The notes under the pieces: model-generated | What the model was told of the DNA's origin: nothing | What the model saw: only the letters and a program-made list of their open reading frames with translations | Databases searched by the model: none | In this document: piece by piece, positions 1 through 10,996 of the stretch | Numbering within the stretch: the first letter of the stretch is position 1 | How the letters are laid out: each line of letters begins with the position of its first letter | From: Felis catus | Lineage: Eukaryota | DNA length: 64,000 bases | Assembly: GCF_018350175.1 (NCBI RefSeq) | Contig: NC_058368.1 | Span: 91,390,001-91,454,000, forward strand | Reading direction: 5' to 3' | Made by a program: the position numbers and the translations under genes

Positions 1-489
1 ATAAGCTGTCCTGGGCTCACCCGGGCACCCACAGTTCTGACCTGTAAAGACCTTCCTCCAGGAAAATCTAATATATTCATTCACTTTAAGTGCTTCGCCC
101 GTAAGATACTAACACAGTGCCCCCTTGTATTCAAGTATTCAGCCAAGAACTTAAATGGATTTACCCGGGCAGATTTTAGCTCAAGTTGTTATAATTTTAC
201 TAAAAATGTTATTTTACACTGGAAAGACACACAATTTCCTTTACAGTGATCATATGCCATAAGCTTTAAAGCTAGACACAAGCATTTCCTCATGTCCTTA
301 GAGACCTCTAAAAACACACATTCTCATCAAATCCACACACCCCTCCAGAGTCAATCTCAAGAAGAGTTTCTAGGTATGGCCCTCATCCTCTTTCCCAAAA
401 TGCTCTGATTCTTACAAATCTCTTTAGTCTCTCAAAAAAAGAAAAGTAAAAACCTGGCCATTTTGAACCATCTTGCAGCTGAGCCTTGC

Positions 490-655
490 TACCTTGATTG
501 TACATTAGAATCACTTGGGACTTTCAGAACTGCTGATATTTGGGCCCCAGCTGGATTATCACAGACTCATTGAGGAAAGGACCCTCACCAGCACTGGGAT
601 AGCCTTGCCAGATACACTAATTCTAATCTACAGCCTAGGTGTGATCAGTTCTTGA
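490..655 (+). mobile_element. MER5B-like hAT-Charlie DNA transposon relic, duplicated with each unit (also ~16890-17055, 19225-19382, 25880-26042, 33645-33792, 37488-37648, 47035-47190, 59285-59447)
   Basis: 'tgcacattagaa(t/c)cacctggg...tgggcccc...ccaggtagttctaatctacagcc' follows the MER5B consensus as I recall it (GCACATTAGAATCACCTGGG...TGGGCCCC...CCAGGTGATTCTAATGTGCAGCC). Confidence 0.7.
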
Positions 656-1066
656 AGTCCCTGCTCATCTTGAGCGCAGTGAGGTAGGAAGGTGTCAGGA
701 AGGCCCTGCTCTCAGGTGCAGCTTATGACAATGTACATAATGTTCCTCTAGGGAGTTGATCTCCACCCTTACTGCATCACTCAGAGTCTTTTGAAAAATA
801 CAAATCCCTGCACCCCAGCACAACATAACAGCCCTGAAACACTTTGAAAAGAAGTCCGCTGTAGCATCAGGGATGAGAAGCTGTTCTGCATTTGAATTCA
901 CATAGAGACATAATCCAAGAGATCACTGACCTTGCAGAGCAGTGGGAGAAGTGGACTTGACCACTTCTTTTGTGCTGAGAGGAAGCCTCACCCAGACTAG
1001 AGGGTGCCTTGCTAGAGGAGCCTTACCTCCCTCACTATAGACCCTCCACCAGCCCTTTGGTGTCCC

Positions 1067-1084
1067 TAGTGCCCCCTAGTGGCA
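1067..1084 (-). promoter_or_regulatory. CTCF-binding motif
   Basis: The minus strand reads tgccactagggggcacta, a close match to the CTCF core CCACYAGRKGGCRC. This is a motif only; occupancy is unknown. Confidence 0.55.
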
Positions 1085-3715
1085 TCTGGTACCTCCCACA
1101 GGTCTCAGGGGAAGGGGTGGGGACCAGGAATTGCATTGGAATTTCCTAAGTGTGGGTTGAGATCAATGACAGATTGGGGGGGGGGGGGCGGGGACATCCT
1201 ATAAGGGGTCACAGTCTGGATGGCCTCTATGCACAGGGTGATAGACACCTCAGTCAGGGGGAAGAGCCAGCTTGATGAATGGCCCTGATCGGTGATGTGC
1301 AACTAACACAGAAGAAGCAGAGCTGCCGAGCAAAAGCCAGCTCCCTATACTAAAGATAGTGCAGAAGATTACTGTGCCTGGAGTATGGATAATGGAGGGA
1401 CATCAGCCTGATCTGATCTATCCAGTAGACAGACATGGAAGAAAGAAACTGCTGTCCTGGAAAGTTTCAAAGATTTTGGTCCACATACCAGGGACCATGT
1501 AAGCAGGGTCCCCATCAGAATGCTATGGCTGTTTATGGGGGTGGCCTTTCATACCAGGAGTTTTTAGTTCTACTGTAGAAAGACCAGTTCATACTAAGTA
1601 TTTATGTTCTAGGATTTCAATGTTTCTGCTTAAGTTGAAGCTGTGAGTGAGGGATAAAAGGAATTCAGGAATTGTTCCTTATGAGGAGATGCTGTGGGCC
1701 CTCCCATGTGACCTACAAGGAACATCCTAAGGTCCCTGAGGAGACCCCTGCCCCCTTAGCTGTCCATGGTATCTCCATACCTATTTCCTGCCTCTTCCCC
1801 AGCAGACCCCACCCGAGAGGCAGTCAGCCACTCTGATGACTATTCTGACCCTGACTTTAAGACAAGTTGAACATTGAACCCCACTGCACTTCACAAGGGA
1901 GGTCATGGCCCCAAACCCAACAGAATGAAAGTAAGATATATAATTGAACAAGACAACATCTAATTCTTGGTTTTGTCTGGGGCTTGGGGAGTGGGGAACA
2001 TAAACAGAAACCAAGGGGCAGAGAGAAAACAGCTTTCTGATGCCTTGGGACCCATCGTCCTTCTCTCCATCTTCTATCTGTCTTCCTGCACAGAAACTGC
2101 GTATCCATCATAGCAGCTTTCAGATCATAGATCGTGGAGTCAAAATCCTGGAAATCTCAGGGAAATAGAGACTTCAGGTATCAGGGTGTGCATTTCTACC
2201 AACACCATAACCGCTCATTTTGCAATTTGGAGAGTGGAGCCCGTGAACACTGCAATCACTGCCCTATTTGTGATCAGACACACCCTCTCCCAGGAGCCCA
2301 GTCAAAACCTAGTTCAGGGTAAATGGTTTAGGGGATGTATCCCAAGTCCTGAGTCCTTAACCACAGGATTCATGGATTGGCCTGATTCAGTCAGGTGGAT
2401 GAGATAGAAGTTCTCTTCCTTTGCAATGCAAAGTGCTCGTACTCAGGGGAACAAGAGATGGGCACAGATCAGGGCACCTGGGAGCATTGAGACTCCTCTC
2501 AGACCTTCTCCCTGGAACTGAGGCTCACTCCCAGGGCACAACACTGGTTCTAGAGGGAATTGTCTTAACTGTAGGCTGACCAGCTATTCTGTGCACGGGA
2601 CAGGTCTATCACATCCAAGACTTTTACTAGTGACTGGGCTTCCACCTACAACAGCCAGCCAGACGCTGACAGCAAACACATTTCTATACTCAGGAACTCC
2701 TGACTCTCAAATTCCAGAAAAATCAGAGTAAGTGCCAGCTCTATGAGCTCTGCATACAGCCTAGTTGCTGCCAAGAGATGTATCACAGGGGAAACTCAGG
2801 AATGAAAAGGAGGCACGTCCCAGGGAGGCAGCTTCCTGTGTGTTGACGAGAAGTCACTTGTCTTTTATCTCATTACACAAGCATTTTCCCAACTGAGAAA
2901 TATGTGCCATGCACAGTTCTCTGTACCTTACAAATACGGATGCATTTGATCCTCAAGACATGCCTGGTGGACGATGCTATTACTACCCTCATTGGCAGAG
3001 CAGGTGTTAGCCTCCTTGACCCAGCTGCACTTCTCAGAGCTGGAGACAGACTCTCAGCAGTGAGGCCCCAGCACACAAAGCTGCTACATGCTGCTCCTGA
3101 CACCTTCCTGGGCTGGTCCTGCAACATTCCTGATGTTAAGGGGACTGTGGGTCTGCTCTGATCTGTGGGCTCCCTCACTCTATTCTGCATCTCCAATATT
3201 CCATTTAAGTCCTGATGAGGTTCTTGTCCTACCTCCTGTGCTCATGCTTTCCCTACATGCTTGATAAATAGACTGCTGTGGTCAGAGAAGCTTTCAAGTC
3301 CTACTGATTCCACCCTATGTCATTTCCCACTGATTCTGCTTGTAGGGAGTCGTGTGCCTGCTGATTTTAGAAGTCAGCATTGGATATTTTCTTGTTGGGA
3401 CTTGGAGAATTTGGTGCCCTTGAATAATATTGGCTTTGTTTTCTAGTGAAGTATTGTAAATCAGACTGATTTCACAGGATTGACACCCTGGGAGGAAATA
3501 TAGCCAGTTGGTCACCAAAGCTTTGTCCAGGGCTGTAGGCCATTATTGTACCAAGAGGTCTACCGGACAGAAAACCAGGCACTTGACAGGAAGCAGGGAC
3601 AAGGCTGACTTTGGTTACCTGAGGATGAAGGAAGAAGCTGATGAAGATGGAAGCTGATGGAGTTTAAGTCACAAATTCAAAATGTTCATCTCTGGCTTTA
3701 AATTCAAACTAATCT

Positions 3716-3909
3716 GGGGCACCTGGGTGGCTCAGTCAGTGGAGCATCTGACTTTGCCTCAGGTCATGATCTCATGGTCCATGAGTTTGAGCCCACGTCG
3801 GGCTCTGTGCTGACAGCTCAGAGCCTGGGGCCTGCTTTGGTTTCCGTGTCTCCCTCTCTCTCTGCCCCTCCCCCACTCGTGCTCTGTCAAAAATAAAACA
3901 TTAAAAAAA
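3716..3909 (+). mobile_element. SINEC_Fc-type (Can-SINE) tRNA-derived SINE
   Basis: ggggcacctgggtggctcagtc head, CT-rich region and A tail; TSD taaattcaaactaatct at 3699-3715 and 3910-3926. Confidence 0.97.
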
Positions 3910-6900
3910 TAAATTCAAACTAATCTACACAAGGATATATTCCCACCGCTCTCTTTATAATTCCCAGAAGGCTAAGGGTTTGTGAACATTAATAAAAGTT
4001 TCTTTTTGTTTGTTTTTAATAACTTGGTTTCATTAAGATGTATTAACCTGCCAAATAAAGCATTGGCCTTGAAGGACTCTTCCCCTGGACTTGTTCAGAG
4101 TGGATATGGCCCACAGGAGTGGCCAGGCCTTAGGCAAAGATTCAGGGAGAAGGTAAGTAGTGCCTTCAAGAGCTATGTGCCTTTATCCCTCTCTCAGGTC
4201 TTCCCTACAAATGCAGCTGTCTCCCATCTCAAGGTACCAGCTCCAGTCCATCACCACCCACCTTCCATTTGGAGAGTGCTGTCGTTACCCCAAATGTGAT
4301 CTAGGTGGAACATCCACAGGTACCATCAGGAAAGGCCTGATCCCAGAACCCTGCATGGTCATGACCATGCCCTTTCCTGCCTTTCTCTCAGGAGCCCCCA
4401 TACCCCAGCAGCATAGTCCATCTCCCCTGGTATGATCCACATCCTGCACTGGAATCTATTTGGAAAAATGAGAGATCCCAACACACTTCTCTTCCCCAAA
4501 TCCAATAAACAGTGGATATGTAAATAAATCATCTTCTGATTTTGCCTTGTAGCCAGGGCTTGGAGAGGATCTAAAAACAAACAAACAAACAAAAAAGATA
4601 GGGATAGTGGGGTGCTGTGTGTGTGGATGGCAAAATAGGAGAATTCTAAGCTCACCTCGTCCCATAAATAGAACTAGGTAACACTCACATCAGTGTAAAT
4701 TACCTGAAAAGTGACCTGAAGACTGGCAGAACAAACTCCACAACTACAGGTAGAAAAGAGACCACAACAAGGGTAGGGAAGGGTAGACATGGGTTTGGGA
4801 GCCAAAGGACCATGGCCGTCTCCAATGGGGAGGGAGCCAGTGACACAGAAGGGTGAAAACAGTATCACACCAGCAAGCCTGTATAAGGAAGATGAATCCC
4901 CAGATCATTTGGCTTTGAAAGTGAGATGGGCTTAACCTAATGAATTCTTAGAACCAGCAGGACTTAAAGCCTGGAATTTTAAAAATCAGCTGGCTTGGCT
5001 CTGAGAGCATTAGGAAGCAGAGTCTCCTCCCTTAAAGAGACAGCAGGACAAATGGCCTGGGAAATAGAGCATGGAAGCAGCAGTTTGAAAAACCCAAATG
5101 GCAGACAGGAGGGAGGGTGATTTACTCCTATCAGTGTGAGGCCTGGAGAGGCAGACACCACTTCCCCACTCTGCACACAGAGCCAGCTAGAGGAACCAAC
5201 AGGGCACCAACACTCGCTACTTAAGTTGCTACTTAAGCTGTACCCACCTTGTGCTTTGGCAAATCTTCCCATTCCAGTCAGTCATACATACCTCAGTCCT
5301 GGCAATGTGTGCCCCATCCCCCAAAAGACTGGTGCAAATCTTGCCAGCACCAGGTCTCTGCACCTGCACCTTTTGTAGGGCCTTGGTTCTGGCAGGTCAC
5401 ATTTCACAAGCAAACCAGCACGCACATTACTCAATGTACCCCATCTGGCTGGGAGCTAAACACTGCCCACAACAGGCAGAGAGATCCTCTGTAAACAATT
5501 GCACTGAAGGAAAAAGAGGCCAGGACCCAACAACAGAACATACACAACACAGAGGAGACACTCCCTACGGCACCAGGTCCTGGGGAAACAGGGGACACTG
5601 AACTGCAGGGCACTACAGTACCTCTTCATAAGACCATCACCTTTGGGAGCAGGAGACACAGCTGACTTTCCTAACACAAAAAAAGACACGCAAGTAAAAT
5701 GAGAAAAAGGAATATGTCCCAAATGAAAGAACCAGACAAAATGATAGCAAGAGACCTATATTACCAGCATAGGTAATATGCCTGATAGCAAATTTAAAGT
5801 AATGACCATAATGATACTCACTGGACTTGAGAAAAGAGTGAAGGACACTAGTGAGACTCTTCACAAAGAGATTTTAAAAACTAGTCTGATTAACACAATA
5901 AATGAAATTTAAAACACATTCAATACATAGCAGGCTAGAAGCAGAGAAATGAATTAATGACCACCTGGAAAATAGAGTAATGAAAAGAAATCAAGCTGAG
6001 CCAATGAGAGGAAAAAAAGTATTCAAAATGAGAATAGTCTTCGAGAACTCAGTGGCTCCATCAAGCATAACATACACATTAAGGAATCCCTGAAAAAAGA
6101 ACGGGAGGTGAAATTTTCAAGAAATAGTCACTGAAAACTTCCCTAATCTCAGGAAAGAAACCTATCCAGATCCAAGAGGTATAGAGATCACCCCTCCCTC
6201 CCTCCCCCTGCACCCCCTGAAAAAAAAAAATCAACCCTAGGAGGTCCACACCAATACACGGTAATTAAAATGGCAAAAAGTAATAAAATATTTCAAAAGC
6301 AGCATGAGCAAAGAAGAGTGTTACATATAAGGAAAACTCCATAAGGCTATCATGAAATTTTTCAACAGAAATTTTCCAGGCCAGAAGGGAGTAACAGGAT
6401 ATATTCAAAGTGCTGAAAGGAAAAAAATTTGCAGCCAAGAAAACTATCCAGCAAGTCTATCATTCAGAATAGAATGAGAGATGGAGTTCTCAAGCAAACA
6501 AAAGTCAAAGGAGTTCATGACCACTAAACCAGCCCTACAAGAAATATTAAAGGGGACTTTAAGTGGAAAGGAAAGACCATAAGTCAGTATGAAAAGTAAA
6601 ACAAACAAAAAAACAGTAAAAGTAAGTATTTCTGTAAAAAATAATTCAAGGCATTCATGTAATAAGATATGACACCAGATACCTAAAATGTGGAGGGGAG
6701 AGGAGTGAAGAATGGGTTCAAACACAGGCAACCATAAACTTAATATAGACTGCTATATGCAGAGGTTACATACAAACCTAATAACCACAAATCAAAATCT
6801 AGTAATAGATATGCAAAGAAGAGAAAGAAATCCAAGTATATCACTAGAGAGCTAACCACAAAAGAGCAAGAAAGGATCAGAGAAACACTACAAAACACAA

Positions 6901-8473
6901 AATGGGAATTTCAATAATTACTTTGAATTTAAATGGATGAAACACTCCAATCAAAAGACAGAGTGGCAGAATGAATTAAAAAAAAAAAATCCATCTATGC
7001 GTTGCCTACAAGAGACTCATTTCGGACCTAAAGACAACTGCAGATTAAAAGTGAGAGGATGGTTTAGGATGCAGCAAAGGCAGTCCTAAGAGGGAAGCAT
7101 ATGGGAATACAGGCCTATCTTGAGAAGCAAGAAGGGTCTCAAACACACAACCTAACCTTACACCTAAGAAAGCTAGAAAAGGACCAGTAAATAAAGCCTC
7201 ACGCCAGAAGGAAAATGAAGATTAGAGCAGAAATAAATGATATAGAAACAAATGATCAATGAAACTGAGAGCTGGTTCTTTGAGAGAATTAACAAAATTG
7301 ATAAAACCCCAGCCAAACTTACCAAAAAGAAAAGAGAAAGGACCTAAATAGATAAAAATCATGAATGAAAGAGGGGAGATCACAACAAACACCACAGAAA
7401 TACAAACAGTAAGAGAATACTATGAAACATGCCAACAACCTGGGCAATCTGGAAGAAATGGACAAATTCCTAGAAGTTCACAAACTACAAAAAATGCACC
7501 AAGAAGAAATAGAAAATTTTAAACAGACCCATAACCAGCAAAGAAATTGAATCAGTAGTCAAAAATCTCCCAACAAACAAGAGTCCTGGGCCAGATGGCT
7601 TCCCAGGGGAATTCTAGCAGACATTTAAAGAAGAGTTAAAACCTATTCTTAAACTGTTTCAAAAAAGATTGAGTTTAGAAGTTGTCCTTCGACTCTTCCT
7701 ATGAGGACAGCATTACCTTGATTCCAAAACCAGAAAAAGACCTCACTAAAAAGGAGAATTACAGGACAATATCCCTGATGAACATGGATGTAAAAATTAT
7801 CAATGAAGTATTAGCGAATTGAATTCAATAGTACATTAACAGAATTCTTCACCACAATCAAGTGGGATTTATTCCTGGGTTGCAGGGGTGGTTCTGCAAG
7901 TCAATCAACATGATACACCACGTTAATAGAAGGGTAAGAACCAAATGATCCTCTTAACAGATGCAGAAAAATCATTTGACAAAATATAGCCTCAATTCTT
8001 GATAAAAACCCTCAACAAAGTAGGGATAGATGGAACATACTTCATCATAAAGGCCACATATGAAAGACCTATTGACGATTGATAATATCATCCTCAATGG
8101 GAAAACTGAAAGCCTTTCTGCTACAGTCAGGAACAAGATAAGGATGTCCACTCTCACCATTACTGTTTAATATAGTGCTGGAAGTCTTAGCCTCAGCCAG
8201 ACACATCCAAATTGGCAAGGAGGAAGTCAAATTTTCACTATTTGCAGATGACATAATACTCTACAAAGAAAATAGGAAAGACTCCACCAAAAAATTGCTA
8301 AACTGATACATGAATTCAACAAAGTCACAGCATATAAAATCAACACACAGAAATCTGTTGCACTTCTATAACCAATAATGCAGGAATAATGCAAGGAATC
8401 CATCCCATTTTCAAGGGCACCAAAAATAATAAGATACCTAGGAATAAACCTAACTAAAGAGGTAGAAGATCCA

Positions 8474-8690
8474 GGGGCACCTGGGTGGCTCAGTCCGTTG
8501 GGCGTCCGACTTCAGCTCAGGTCATGATCTCATGGCTCGTGGGTTCAAGCCCCATGTCGGGCTCTGTGCTGACAGCTCAGACCCTGGAGCCTGTCTTCGG
8601 ATTCTGTGTCTCCCTTTCTGCCCCTCCCCTGTTCATGCTGTCTTTCTCTCAAAAATAAGTAAAACATAAAAAAATTTATAAAGTAAAAAT
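8474..8690 (+). mobile_element. SINEC_Fc-type SINE nested in L1 ORF2
   Basis: Can-SINE head and tail; TSD gtagaagatc at 8462-8471 and 8691-8700. Confidence 0.95.
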
Positions 8691-10187
8691 GTAGAAGATC
8701 TATACTCTGAAAACTATAAAGGACATGAAATTAAAGAGGACACAAGGAAATGGAAAAATATTCCATGCTAATGAATTGGAAGAACATTGTTAAGATGTGT
8801 AGATTGTTTGGGGCAGTATAGACATTTGGTGCAATCCCAATAAAATTACCACCAGCATTCTTCACAGGGTTAGAAGAAACAATCCTAAAATTTGTATGGA
8901 ACCAGAAAAGATCCCAAATAGCCAAAGCAATTCTGAAAAAGGAAAACAAAACTGGAAGCATCATGACTCCAGATGTCAAGCTATATTACAAAGCTGTAGT
9001 CATCAAGACAGTATGGTACTGGCATAAAAACAAACACATAGACCAATGAAACAGAATAGAAAACCTAGAAATGGACTCACAACTATATGGTCAACTCATC
9101 TTCAAAACAGGAAAGAATATCCAATGGAAAAAAAAGACCGTCTCTTCAATACATGGTGTTGGGAAAACTGGGCAACAACATGAAGAATGAAACCGGATCA
9201 CTTTCTTATACCACACACAAGAAATTGAAAATGGATGAAACACTTAAATGTGAGACAGGAAATGATCAAAATCCCAGAGGAGAACACAGGCAGTATTCTC
9301 TTTGACCTCGGCTACAGCGACTTCTTACTAGATACATTGCCGAAGGCAAGGGAAATGAAAGCAAAGGTGAATTCCTGGGACTTCAAGACAAAAGGCTTCT
9401 GCACAGTGGGGGGAAAAATAAAACTAAAGGCAGCCTACAGAAAGGGAGAAGATATTTGCAAACGACATAGCAGATAAAGGGCTATCCAAAAATCTATGAA
9501 GAACTTACCAAACTTAACACCAAAAAAACCCTAAATAATCCAAAAAAACCCTAAATAAGAAGTGGGGAGAAAACATGAATAGCCACTTTTCCAAAGAAGA
9601 CATCCAGATAGCTAATAGACCCATGAAGAGATGCATAACACTTAGCAGGGAAATACAAGTCAAAACCACAATAAGATATCACCTCACACCTGTCAGAATG
9701 GCTAAAATCAACAATACAAGAAACAAATGTTGATGAGGATGTGGAGAAACTGAAATCCCCTTGCCCTGTTGGTGGGAATGCAAACTGGTGCACCACTGTG
9801 GAAGATATAAAAAATAGAAGTACACTAAGATCTAATAATAGCACTACTGGTATTTATTCAACAGATAAAAATATTGATCCAAATATGTAACCCTATGCTT
9901 ATAGCAACATTATCAACAGCCATATTATGAAATCACTCCAGTCATTCATCAACTGATGTGATAAAGGTGATGGTGTGTATATATGTGTATCACATACAAT
10001 GAAATACCATTCAGCCATAAAAATGAATGAAATCTGTCATTTGCAACAAGTGGATGGAGCTAGAATATAATGTGAAGCGAAATCAGAGACAGACTCTTAA
10101 GTATAAAGTACAAATTGATGGTTACCGGAAGGGAGGTGGGTGGGAGGAATGGTTAATAGGTGATGGGATTAAGAGCACAGGTATCAT

Positions 10188-10402
10188 GGGGTGCCTGGGT
10201 GGCTCAGTCAGTTAAGCACCCAATTTCAGCTCAGGTCATGATCTCACAGTTTGTGGGTTGGAGCCCCGCATTGGGCTCTGTGCTCACAGCTCAGAACCTG
10301 GAGCCTACTTCAGATTCTTTGTCTCCCTCTCTCTTCCCCACTCATGTTCATGTGTTCGTTCTCTCTCTCTCTTTCTCTCAAAAATAAGCATTAAAAATTT
10401 TT
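10188..10402 (+). mobile_element. SINEC_Fc-type SINE nested in the L1 3'UTR
   Basis: ggggtgcctgggtggctcag head; decayed TSD aagagcacaggtatcat / aaaagtacatgtatcat. Confidence 0.93.
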
Positions 10403-10952
10403 AAAAGTACATGTATCATGATGAGCACTGGGTTACTATGGAATTGCTGAATCACTATATCGTACATGTGAAACTAACACTATGGCAATTATACTGGAAT
10501 AAAAATAACATTTGGAAAATAGATTTTTAGAATAGGGAGGGCAAGAGAAAGGGAGGCAGCTCTGTATCCTGGGGGTCTGGTCATTCTGACCAGTCACCCT
10601 GTCATTCTCACTCCATCATGTTCCTGCAAGGAGGATCCTTTACCATCACCAGGAACCTCAACTGCCCTGAACCTTATCAAGGAGTTAACCATTGGAAATC
10701 AGACTTTGATTCAGCTTGAGAGAAACAAAAGTCACAGTCATCTATTTGCTACTCCCCAAACCCTGTGTGCAGAAAATACAAATTGAAATCCAGTAAGAGG
10801 ATCCTCCTCTCTTTCTACCTGTACCCTGGAGGTGGTGGGATCCCAAAGTAGACAGGCCAAGGGACAACGTGAAATGAGGCTATTGGCTGACTTGAGGTCT
10901 GTCATCCTTCTCACATTCCTCTGTCAATCCTGCTCACTAGAGGATAATTTTC

Positions 10953-10953
<1 letters not shown>

Positions 10954-10990
<37 letters not shown>
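10954..10990 (+). repeat. Poly(A)37 tract followed by an A-rich tail
   Basis: Seen directly; absent from the paralogous position at ~54235-54245. Confidence 0.95.

Positions 10991-10996
<6 letters not shown>

Larger units (their letters stand above)
4605..10531 (+). mobile_element. Near full-length decayed carnivore LINE-1 with an internal ORF2 deletion
   Basis: L1 5'UTR (gatggc...agctcacctcgtcccat), ORF1 relic from ~5699, endonuclease motifs CLQETHF and LKVRGW (~7003-7062), RT motif FADDI at 8241-8255, and a 3'UTR with A-rich end. Possible TSD ataggga at 4598-4604 and 10532-10538. The flanks are contiguous in the paralogous unit at ~53810-53830. Confidence 0.95.

Noticed and set aside
9521..9558. 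Short tandem duplications (also ~32043-32074)
   Set aside because: Ordinary 16-20-bp slippage duplications.
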